This document shows positions 1-11,900 of a DNA stretch of 64,000 nt, in pieces. A model generated the notes under the pieces. The model saw only the letters and a list, made by a program, of their open reading frames with translations, was not told where the DNA came from and ran no database searches. This DNA is from Isurus oxyrinchus (Eukaryota), in contig JANJGN010000034.1 in assembly GCA_026770705.1 (NCBI GenBank), positions 3,534,001 to 3,598,000 of the forward strand, written 5' to 3'. Position numbers and translations under genes: made by a program. Within the stretch, counting starts at the first letter, position 1; each line of letters opens with the position of its first letter.

Positions 1-405
1 ATGTGAAGCATTCATTAAACACATTAGAGATGTCCTCCCGCTCCACCCATAGTTTGTCTCCTTGGTCCCTTATGGGCCCTACTCTTTCCCTGGTTATCCT
101 AATCCCATTGATATACTTAGAGAATATCTTAGGTTGTTCCCTACTTTTACGAGCTAGAGCTTCCTCATTTCCCTCTTTGCTCTCCTAATTGCTTTCTTAC
201 GCTCTACTCTGTGATGTCTGTACTCGACTAATGCCTCTGCTGATTTGCTTCCCTTGTACCTGCTAAAAGCCTCTCTTTTCCTCCTCATCGTTAAATGAAG
301 ATCTCTAGACATCCATGGTTCTCCGAGCCTGTAACACCTTCCTATCACCCATGTGGGAACATATCGAGTCTGTAACCTCCCCAGTTCATTCTTGAACACC
401 CCATA
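1..405 (-). mobile_element. CR1-type LINE ORF2 fragment (endonuclease-RT linker)
   Basis: ORF 154-453 (EPWMSRD..RRKREAFSRYK..YRHHRVERKKAIRRAKR) is typical of the CR1 linker. Confidence 0.75.
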
Positions 406-409
406 GATG

Positions 410-992
410 ATGATATTTAGCTTTATTTGATCAGGCCAATGGTGAAAACCCATACCGAATATTGCGTGCCGCTTTGGAATCCCTATTTAAGGAAGGATGT
501 GGATTTGTTGGAGGCAGCTGAGAGCAAGTTAACTAGATTGATAACGAGGTTCAGCGCATTGCATTATGACTATAGGCTGGACATAATTAGTCCACTGGAG
601 TTCGGAAGAGTGAATGGTGAATTGATCGAAGCATATAGTGGTCTTGACAAATTGCACGTGTGCCCTATGTTTCCTCTTTTGGGTGAGAATACAACGAGGT
701 TGCAATGTTTTAAAACTCGGAGCCATCCTTACTCGAAACATGCAAGGAGACATTTTTTCACTCAGAGAATTGTGTGAGCTGGAACTGTGCCTCAGCAGGC
801 AGTGGAAGCTGAATCTCTGAATAGTTTTAAGGCAGAAAAAGAAAGATTAATGTTAGGCCAGGGGATCAAAGGTTATTGAAGGGGTACTTGGTAATGGAGA
901 ACTTGAAACATAAAGTGATCAGCCTTGAGCTTATTGAACCATCAAGACCCGAGAGGCCGAAAAGTCTACTTCTGCTCCTATTTTGCATGTTC
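410..992 (+). mobile_element. CR1-type LINE 3' end
   Basis: EYCVPLWNPYLRKDVDLLEA..RRHFFTQRIV is the CR1 ORF2 C-terminus, followed by a 3' UTR ending cttctgctcctattttgcatgttc. Confidence 0.85.
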
Positions 993-2168
993 GTATAGAA
1001 TTCGTTAGAGAAGTAAACAGGCAAAGACCACCCAACGATTGAAAAATAAATATAGAAATGTTCAGTCACATGCTTGCTTTCGCAATCTATCGTTGCCGAG
1101 TGGGGAGAGTGGGGGTAGCTTAGCAGATTTGCTGCAATTCATGGCATGATCAACATAACTCTGTGCAACAAGTCAGGGATGGCATTATCTGGGAGATATG
1201 TCAGAAGTGAGAAGTGACTACTTCTAGAGATAGTGAAGGCAGAAATGTGGATTCTGAAATCAAATACAATGTGTCAATGTTAGTGGCAAATATTTCGGCA
1301 GTTCTAATAATGGTGCACATAGGATTTCAGAAGCCCAATTCAGAGTTTTCATACACAAAAAACACATAAATAGCTAATTACATACGGACATACACATATA
1401 CATATGTTAAGAAATACATCAATAAATTCATAAATAAATATGTGTGTATAAGAAAAAATGCATAAAATAAAAATTAAAAATATCTAAATAGGGCGCAAAA
1501 ATCGGGATAGAAGTTTGGCCGAAACATGGATGCAGGCATTAGCTAAGGAGAGCAGCTGGTATTGCGGAATTAAGTGACTGTCTTCAAAATTCTCAACATG
1601 CATTTGAAGGCATTTTTATTTTCCTCATGCAGTATCGATCCCCAAAACACAGTCTAACAATTTAGCAACAGTGGAGGGTTCAATTTTGGTGCCAGTGGTA
1701 TAATCCTATCGTCAATCGTATATCTGAAAACTAAGGCTGTGCTATCAGTTTGCTTGTCATGCTGAAACATGCCGAGAAGAAATTGGCTGCACGAATGAGT
1801 AATCCTCAGAGGAAAGAACATGATCATTGCACGAAAAGGCAGAGAAGCCAGTGCAATGGATAGTGATCAGGACTGATGAAGTTGGAAAGTTTCGTTATTA
1901 CAGTCATATTATGTGCATTCTAACTTTGATCAGCATTGTGACAAGAGGGGACACCTAATTCGATGGATTTAAATTTGCATTCAGGAAAAATAACAATAAT
2001 AATTTTAGATGGCAAAACGTTTATGTGCTTGGTTTGGGAAAAAAAAAATAACCATTGAGGCGGGACACTAATATAGAAAGACAATTGTTTTCAAGTGGTT
2101 GAGTGGATAATTTGAAGGAGACATACATTTTTTTTTAAATGGCTGACATGTGAGGTAAGGGAAGATGC

Positions 2169-2230
2169 CTAATTTACATTTCTGACGAATAGCAGAGGAA
2201 ACAGAAGGTATGCCTTGTGGCTAATTTGAG
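2169..2230 (-). CDS. Candidate terminal coding exon with two possible acceptors (EM* or [20 protein letters not shown])
   Basis: Acceptors ccttctttaag (exon starts 2230) and tttcctctgctattcgtcag (exon starts 2181); minus-strand AATAAA at 1615-1620. Confidence 0.4.
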
Positions 2231-5200
2231 CTTAAAGAAGGCAAGAGCGGGAATGAATGTCAAAACACTCATGAGTGCGATTTTAACAAGTGGACAGCAC
2301 GATACAAGTTGGAAGGGAGTAAGTAGACAGTGTGATGCAAGATGGAAGGGAGTATGTAGATTTACAAATGTTGCAAAGTTGTATCGCCACTTCGGGAAGT
2401 ACCTTACCTGAAACATGTTCATTCTTGACTTGATCTGTTGGTACACGAGGTGGAAATGTAAGCATACAATACAATCCCATCATTACCGGATGATAATGAC
2501 TGCTTTGGAATCTGCTGCCGTACTAACGGTTAAATCTGCAGTTAATACATAATATACTTCATTAACACAAATAGTTTCTTGCCATTTTCAAACATGTGCA
2601 GGAGAACAGACAAATCTATGCCTCACTGCCTGTGTAACCCTGTTTCGTTCACAGGATACGCTGTTTCAGTATTTACATATAGAAATAACACACAGCTAGA
2701 TATTGCACGTGAACTTCATTTATACACTGTGCAATTACTAGAACAAATATTAGAAAGAAAATCATATCTAGCCAGGTATATTTCTTGGCAGCGCCCTAGT
2801 TAAGGCGTATGCTGAGCAACATCTGGGACCCTGAACAGAAATCTACAATTTGGCAGGTGTTGCTAAATTTTGTATGTACAATCGCTCTTCTTTCCACTTT
2901 CTATTGATTTTTCAAAGATTTGTTCCCAGTTAGTCATTGCACGTTGGCATGAGAATGTTATTCTTCTTTAAGATCTACAATGTTGATATGAAGCCTTGAA
3001 ATACTTCAGGACATACAGATACTCTTTACAACCACCAGGAATTACAATGAAGGAGAAATAGCCATTTATTTGCGATGAGCGTGGTGCTCATAATGGACCT
3101 AGCTCACATTTTCAACAATTCGACTCGATCTGATAGTTCTTTTATCGGGAAAGATATGTGGTGTTATTCCTATTCCCAAATGAATATGCAAGTCCGTAAC
3201 AAGAAGCTGCAGAGATACGAAAGTGACTTCCAATGTTACAAATATTACACGGGAGATCATAGCAGATGTCATGAATTGTAGTGGATAGCTTAGGGACCAT
3301 CAGAAATTGCAAAGACTGCTTGCAATCAAATGCAACCTGTCGAGCCAATTCGACACACTTATTAATAAGGGCATTGTGGTGTGGATCAGGGGTACTAGTG
3401 AAGTATGCTCGCAGACTTTGAAAATGTCTTTCAGTATTTACTCACACTGATATATATTAAGCTCTTGTGCACCGCTGGTAGGGGTATGGTCAGAGTTGGG
3501 CACAACAACAGCATTTGTAACACAGGACACAGTATGGCAGGACGTTCAATGCATAAACACGTCACTGTACTCGGAATGTGTGGCTCATGACAGGAAAGGA
3601 CAATAAATTTAAATAAATGCTATGTCGTACATGTGGACACTGACAACGTCAAAATGCAGCTTCACTCGGACGTACTGAGGCTATAATATATCAAGCAAAA
3701 TTTAGCATATTTGGTACATTTGTGAAAAGTTCACTGAGGGTTCAAGGGCAATGTTTTTATTTTAGGTAATGCCTCGGCATCGAGCATAATTCGTTTCCTT
3801 TTTGTTTCGATGAAGTCTGTGGTGGCCCAGGAGCCCAATGCTTAAACTACAGCCTCTAAATTTGTCGGGCTGTTAGCATTTGTGATGTCGATTAGATGCA
3901 TTGTTGGGAGGTGTTTACTGCCTCTCCGACTCCCCGGCACTGGCTGTTTGTGTTTCTGCGTATCCTATTGCAGTTTTCGGTGTCTTCACGATGAAGCAAT
4001 CTCCATTCTCGTCTGCTAGAAGCTACAGACTCCAAAGAGTTGGGTGCTGGTTTGACAGCTGAGGGGATGATATCACTGCCTCCCTTATCCTTCTGTGAGT
4101 TTGTTGCCACTGTAGTGTTTTGAGTGGGGCAATTCCCTCAGACATTTGGTGTTCGGCAAAGAACTACATTTCCTGCCTGGGGGAGGTGATATTGACTAAT
4201 TGAACTTAGAAATGGGTATTTTCGCATGGATAGGTAATTGTGCTTGGGATGATCTTTTGCACTTCGATTTATAGGAAATTGTTAAGCCAACACCAGTTGC
4301 ACATCTAGACAGCCCTCCACCTCCCGCTTGATTTATGAATTTCCTATTTTGCAGGTATTATCCCTGTTCAATGGTTGACTTAGCATTTTCCAGTCGTTTC
4401 TTTTTCCAATGCTGTTTGGCTGGATTCCCAATTTTATAAAATCAAAAAACTGCGGATGCTGGAAATCCAAAACAAAAACAAAATTACCTGGAAAAACTCA
4501 GCAGGTCTGGCAGCACCGGTGGAGAAGAAAAGAGTTGACGTTTCGAGTCCTCATGATCCTTGAATAGGAAGGGCATGAGGACTCTAAACGTCAAGTCTTT
4601 TCTTCTCCGCCGATGCTGCCAGACCTGCTGAGTTTTTCCAGATAATCTTGTTGTTTTTTCCGAATTTTATAGTTCAGAACTGTGGGCGAATTCCTTATTT
4701 TGCAGGCGTCATGGCCTATTTACTCCTGAACACATTTGATGCGCCTCCTGTTGGTTACGGGTATCAGTGGTCAACTGTAAATGATGAACTAAGCCTGAAT
4801 TTTGCGAGCTTGGTCCTCAATTGATATTTCATCAGTCGGCCAAATGTTGAGCTGACAGGACGGAGGCGAAAATGAATGTAGTCAAAAATGCCCGTCCAGA
4901 TACAGGTGTTTTCCAAAAAATTAAAAATCATTTAAATTTTCCCAGTTTTCAATGTTCACCTCATTCGATGGATCAGGAACTGTAGGAGCTGTTTTGTAAA
5001 ACACCAGTTGGTTCATGCAATGTCCATTTTCACATATGCTTCATAGAAGAAAGTGTCATTTCAGAGTTAATTCACGTGAGTGTTCAATGCTGAAACGAAC
5101 TTGTGTAACGTTAAAAGAAAGTCTGATCTAAATAAACAGGTAACATTTTTACACTTTGCAGCCCACCTGCGAGGCAGAATCTGGGAAATTGTGCTCAATT

Positions 5201-6486
5201 TCTCTCCAGCCACATACCAGCTCATGCAATGACCTTCCAGGATGTGCGCACAATAGGCAAAGCATAACTTCTAACCTGCGGAACATCAACTAATCAGATA
5301 GACATAGTGGTATTTGGCTTTTGATTTAAGTCCAGCGTAGGCTTTCAGATTGTTTCACGCCAGATGGGTTTCATATTTGCATGTTTGTATTGAAAATAAT
5401 TTTTGGGGCTTGGTATTTATGCAGTGAGCAACGGTGTTCTAGAAAGTATTGCATAATGTGAGTGAATTATTGTTCCTTACAACTTCAAATGCGTGTTTGC
5501 CACAATCCAGGCAAAACAGGCAATCACATGGCACTATTGTTATGTTTTCAATTTGAATATCATTCATTACGGCAGGGGTTGTTGAGTAATAGGAACTTCT
5601 GTTCCAGGATCCGACCAAATAGTAATTTTTTTGAAGTTATGAATGAGATGGAAAGTATTTGGATGGTATTTACCATTATTATTCCACGTTTCTCTTCCTT
5701 CTCTCTCCAGGGAAGTCCCATGTCAATCAGAGATCAGGGAGCTAAGTGAGCTGAGGGATACAGTGGTGCATGATTTGAGTGGATCTGAACAATTGCATAC
5801 GACAGATGAGCTCACTGTATGCAGGGATGAATCGAGGGGCTTGTTTCTTTTTTCTTTTCTGCCCGTTAACTCTGTTTGTTCCTTGAACCTTGAAGTCAAG
5901 GAGTGATACATATTAACTACCAGATAAGTAGCTTTGAGTGAAGAATATCGAGTTTTAATCTTGGCAGGAATCTGGGCAGAACGCTTATTGCTAATCTCAT
6001 AAACCATTACAATTTAGTATTCTTTTCCACCTTAGGTGGGAGGCAGGACCTTTATTTTAGAATTCTGTTTGTTGGAGGCAACCACGTACAGCATTTCTTC
6101 GCTATTGACACTGGAAAGTCGGCCATGGCTGTCACTTTTCCCATTACTGAGACCATCACTCATCAAAGATTTATCAATTGATTAATCAAAGTAATTGCAT
6201 GGTTCTTCGTTATTTTTCTGTGCAGAGCAAGAATTAGTTAACCGTTGTTAAATTGTTGCAATCAGAAATATGTCATGATAACCATCACTGTACTACACAT
6301 TTGTGAAAATTGTGTAGCGATGCACATTCTTTCGAATCTAGATACATTGTGCATTAAACTTGACGTGTTTGTTTACGGAAAGCCATGATTTCATAATGAT
6401 TGGGCAGTTGTCCAAAAATCACAAAATGACAAACTTGCATGATACACCTAAAGAAAGAAACAGACTTGGGCACACACACACATGCC

Positions 6487-6528
<42 letters not shown>

Positions 6529-8804
6529 GTCTCTCTCCCTCACACACACAAAGATACAGACACACACACATTGTCTGTCTCTCAAACAGACACAAACAGA
6601 CACGTACACGCACTCACACATCCTTTTAAATTCGTACAGCTGGACTGATAGACAATGTAACTTTAGGAGATTTAAACAGAATCATATCAAATGGCTCACC
6701 TAATTCTTTTATCGAGTTGTGGCACGTGGATAATTCTAAGTCACAGAAAAGAATAATAGCCTTGTATTCCAACTTGTTTTCTAGTCCTTCTTCCGTAGTT
6801 TTATCAATTCACAATTCCTGAGTGTTCCATTGAAATTAGAATTCCTAAGTAACTCATTTACTACACCTGGTCTATGCCTTTGAGTACACTTTAAAATAGT
6901 ACAATAACAAATATCTCATATTATCCTACCGCATATTATTCATTTTGTTTCCATATCCTCTATCTTTCTTAAATGTAACTCGGCAAATCACTTCACCTAC
7001 TCTTGGATCTTATGCAGATTGACGGCTTAAAAATAGAGCTTATTTTGTTGGGGTGGGTTGGGGAGTGTGCTCATTAAATTATTAGGGACCCTACTACAAA
7101 CACAGCTAACATATTATTTCGCTGCTAGTGGAGGTTGATACGTTGGTCTCAGAACATTACCCTGAAGCTCTGGAAAGCTAGTCCAGAGATGTTATCACTT
7201 CCTTGACACCTACTCGATTTAATCTGATTAGTCAACTGCTGAAAGAGTTTTTAACATCGATTCGGAACTTGCCCAGTCCTATAAAAACAAGGACAGAGAG
7301 TGTGCATCGCCTCTTGGAGTCAAAGAGTCACTCGGTTATTTCTGCCTTGAAAGACATTCCGTCCATAGATGTTATTCCATAGAGCAATCCAGTCACACAC
7401 ATTGCCCCTTCTACCCGCTTTGCTCCAGATGCTTATCTCTTTCAACTTCATATCAAATTTAAATTAAGAACCGTGCATCAATTGCAATGTCAACGCCACA
7501 AGTCTAGCAAATGCAAAACTATTACCAGTCCCTCTGTGATAAAAAAACACCAAATTGCCTTTCCATGATATACTGTTGTTTGACGAAACAGTTAAATAGA
7601 TGTGCCAAGCAAGATATAAATTTACAAAACCCCACTGATTATTTTTAAATCATTCAATCTTTTCCAGTGCCTGTTTATTGCTCCCTTCCATTATGTTTTT
7701 CGATAACCTTGAAGACCACCAGTCTTTAGATAAATGGCGTGTCGTTCCACGGCCTGTCTTTTCCTTTACACTGATGCAAACCTTGGCCATATTCACTCTT
7801 CCGACACAGGCCCCGTATCTAGGGAAGTTTGGCATATGACAAGCCCCTCCACAACATACACTAGTGAACCCCTTGGCAGTCGTGGCTGCGAACCTCCCGG
7901 CCAGGACGTTGATAACATTTAGAATTGTTAGAACTTGCAGTACACCATGATCTCCTAGTAGTTCCAACTTCGACTATTCTGGATATTCACTAGAAAAAAG
8001 ATCCTTTGTACTTCCTTCTGCTGTAGAATGGCCTTTATGTAATTTTGTAAAACGTTATTTTGAGATCAGAGTACTTATATGGTTGAATCCAATTTGTGTC
8101 ATGATACTAAAATAGCAAGAAGGAACTAAAAGCTAATGTAGTACATGGATGGTGCAAAATCAGCTTTGGGAAGTTCTGAGGCAGAGAAGAGTGCTACTTA
8201 ATGCAGATATGTATTCAGCGCACTGGACAGAGAGGCAAAACAAAAGAATATATAATTCCACCTGAATTTAAAATTATCAAACAATACATGAATAACTTAA
8301 AATAATCCATTTGTAATTACAGTAGGAATCGACAGGTCAGATGTTAAGATTTGACGCAAGTTGCTTTGCATAATCACTAACAGCACGCCCATATGTAAAT
8401 AACAATAAAACGACAGTAAAGTGTACATCAGGCAAGCGGCTTTTTAATTCAAGTTACCTATGCCTTTCTCTTCCAGCTTTTTTTCTATTGTACAGAACCA
8501 GAATTCCAAAAAATGCCGGATTAATGAAAGTAATTGCATGGTTTTTCATTATTTTTCTGTGCAGTGCAGGAATAAGTGAACCGTTGTTACGTTTTTGCAT
8601 TTAGAAACATATCATGATAACCATCACGGTACTAAACATTTGTGAAAATTGTGTAGCGACCCACATTCTTTCGAATCTAGATATATTGTCCATTACATTT
8701 GATGTGTGTGATTAGACAAAGCCATGATCTCATACATCTCATACAAAAATGACAAAATGACAAACTTGCATGATACACCTAAAGAAAGAAACAGACGCGG
8801 GTGC

Positions 8805-8844
<40 letters not shown>

Positions 8845-8911
8845 CAACACACAAAAGCTCTCACACACATAAAGATAGTCACACACACAATGTCTATCTC
8901 TCACACAGATA

Positions 8912-8947
<36 letters not shown>

Positions 8948-11900
8948 GTCCCTCTCTCTCTCTCACACACACACACAGCAAAACACACACACTGTCTGTC
9001 TCCCACACAGACACAAACACACACGCCCAAGCACGCACACATCATTTAAAATTCGTACATCTGGACTGATACATGATGTTGCTGCGGGAGATATAAACAG
9101 ACTCATATCAAATGGCTCACCTAATTCTTTTATCAAGTTCAGGCAATTGGATATTTCTAAGTCACAGAAAAGATTAATAGCCTTTTAGTTCAAAATGTTT
9201 TCTGGCCCTTCTTCCGTAATTTTCTCGATTCACAATTCCTGAGAGTTACATTGAAATTAGAAGGACTAAATGGCTCATTTAGTTCACCTGGTCTATGCTT
9301 TTGAGTACACTTTAAAAGAGTGCAATAAAACATATCTCGTCTTATCTTACAGAATATTCTTCATTTCGTTTCGATATCCTCTACCTTTCTTAAATGTACC
9401 TCGGCAAATCACTTCAATAACTCTTGGATTGATGCAGATTGACGTCTTCCAAAATAGAGAATTTTTTGTTGGGTTGGGGGTGGGGAGCGTGCTCGTTAAC
9501 TTATTAGGGACCCTATTACAGAAACAGCCAACATATTTTTTCGATGCAACACCTGATTTTCCATCCAACTGGAAAGTTTTTTTTAAATTTGAAAATCTGT
9601 GACTTGTAACAAACAGCCATCACTTTCTGACAGGCATGACCTTCTGGCTATTTGACCTCATGATAGCCAGGACGCATTTTTCTCCTACCTTCTTTGCCAA
9701 TATATTCGTACATTCTCTCCTGTCTTTATAGTTTTTTTTTTTCCATTTGAAGATCAAATTACGTGCGTTTTACTAAAGGTGACCCAATAAATGTCGAATA
9801 GAATTTCCTGCATTTAAATTCTAACTCTATAGATCAGTCGTGCAAACATGTATTTGCAGTTTACTACTGTAATTCGCCATCAGAATTTCTACTGCGTTAA
9901 GAATGCAATCTAAATGGAACGGTTGTATTGTTGTTCAAACTGACTGATAACACTTTCCAATATACGGAAGACAAGTAACATTCCAATCCAATCAAACAGG
10001 TGGACAGGTAAGGCACCACTTTAAAAAGGAAACCTACCTCGATTTAGTCCACGTATTGCATCCTCTATTTGAAACAAACAAGTACGAATATCATTCCAAC
10101 AACATCATATTATTTCAAAAAAATGAATTGGATAATGTTTAATTGTGAAAGTTAAGGGGAAACAAGATCCTTATAACAGGTAGCAGTAAATTAGTATATC
10201 TACTCAGCTGCCTGTTGTAGGGCGGGCTTGCTAAATAGATTCCCGCAAGCTCATGGACATGTAACTTTGTGGAGAGTATAACATGGAAATGATGGGAAAC
10301 TAATGGTTATCACTGCTGCCCATAGCCTTCACATCAACTCCACAAGTGTGTCCCAATACTTCCTGGGACTCCATGATAAATGTATTTCAAGCAAGGTCAG
10401 CACCTGCCATATTAGCGAATCTCCAGTTCTTAACGTCACATTTCACGTCCTCTTAACAATAGCAAACATAAATTAACCTTCTTCGTTTTTAATTATATCC
10501 CTGACTGTAAATCCTGAGAATGTAGGATGCATAATTCCCGTGTGGTGCCTCTTCACTGCCATGCTATTAGCTGCTTCTAAGCTTCCATTATCTTCCTTAT
10601 CTTTCTAAACGTGGGTACGAAATTACCAGAAGCAACTACTCTTTTTGTCACTGCAATATTACTCGTGGTGTTGAGCTGAAGAGCAACTCTTGCATTTCCA
10701 GAACCGCTGTTAAATAACAGATTCATTGTCTGACATTGGTATGAGACGAGCAGAGATGTCCATCAATTAAGCTTTTCTTTTATGTTTGATCCAGGCTAAA
10801 AATTCTGTTCCCTAGCAATGGAAACGTCCTCTCTCACTGAACACTGTGGGGAAGGCACTGGACGGTTCGGATTTGATTGTCATAATTGGCCCTCGGCTGC
10901 AAAGTGCACCACCGAGATATGCTACTACCCGCACAGCCACATCACTAATGTTTCATGTTTCTACCTCTTCAGCACCAAGAAGCTACCCCCTAATTTGCTA
11001 TTTTGTTTTTCTTTTTTCCCCTCCTCATTCCTGGATCTAACTATCGGAAAACCGACGTAATTGGGCTCCTAGAATGCAAGTTATATTTTTCACCCTAATT
11101 TGCTTGCGTGCCAATTTCATCCGAGTCCTGTGTCTGCTGATTGTTGTAGCAGGCCAGAGAAGGACATGGGGTCATTAACCACCAACGAGAAATTCGTTGT
11201 CTGGGATACCACGAGGCAGAGAAGCTGCCAAATCCTGTCCACTCTGTTGTTCCTGAGATAAACTAAAGCGTAATCTAATTGAAAAACAAGTAAGTCATTT
11301 GTAAGTAAATGTTTTCTTTTTCATTTACCTTCAAAAGAAGTAATTTTGTAGCAAACGTGACCTTTTGTTAGTTGTAGTAATGTTCACGGTCTTAACTAAA
11401 TTATAGTGGAAGTAGCCACTATCATAAGCATAACAATGAAAAATTAGATAATAAGAGAATAATTGATACGAAATAACGTTGACATTGCGAGTGACGTGTT
11501 GTGACCGCAGAATGCTGGAGTTCATAGATAGTTCCTAGGTTGACCCAGGGCAAAAATTGATAATTGGGGTAAATATCTGTGGCTGGAGGAACATCGGCTA
11601 AGAGTCATTGAGCAGGAGCATAAGTGTGCTCCTTAAGGGATGGGAAATATTACTTTTCCACTTTGTGCCAGGAGGCAGTTACTCACCTAAGCATAGGGTT
11701 TTCTGATTTGTTCATTGTTCAGGGTGCGAGCATGTAACTGCAAGAGTGGCAGGTATGGAGACACAGAAAGTAGAAGAAGAGGAGCCTCAGCCTATGCAGT
11801 TGTATAATATTTTTGACGTTCCTTCCACCTGTATGGGTGAAATTGGTGGCTAAAAGATAGATGCGAAAATTGGCCATTGCACCATCGTACATGGAACCAT

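Larger units (their letters stand above)
6180..7125. repeat. ~0.95-kb direct duplication, copy 1
   Basis: Colinear with 8521-9545 from aaagtaattgcatgg to acag.caacatatt; contains a CA-rich microsatellite and a 36-nt exon. Confidence 0.9.
8521..9545. repeat. ~1.0-kb direct duplication, copy 2
   Basis: Colinear with 6180-7125. Confidence 0.9.

Noticed and set aside
2311-2362. Short direct repeat (gat.caag.tggaagggagta.gtaga) twice
   Set aside because: Trivial intronic micro-duplication.
5643-6007. Overlapping short ORFs with acceptor-like sites on both strands
   Set aside because: No recognisable motif, no consistent donor and no fit to the phase-1 chain.
6866-6887. 22-nt AG/GT segment, also present near 9288-9309
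   Set aside because: It would shift the frame, and its recurrence is explained by the duplication.
6360-9188. HTHTHT and VCVCVC ORFs
   Set aside because: Translations of CA microsatellites.
11329-11395. 67-nt AG/GT-bounded segment
   Set aside because: Stops in all three frames.
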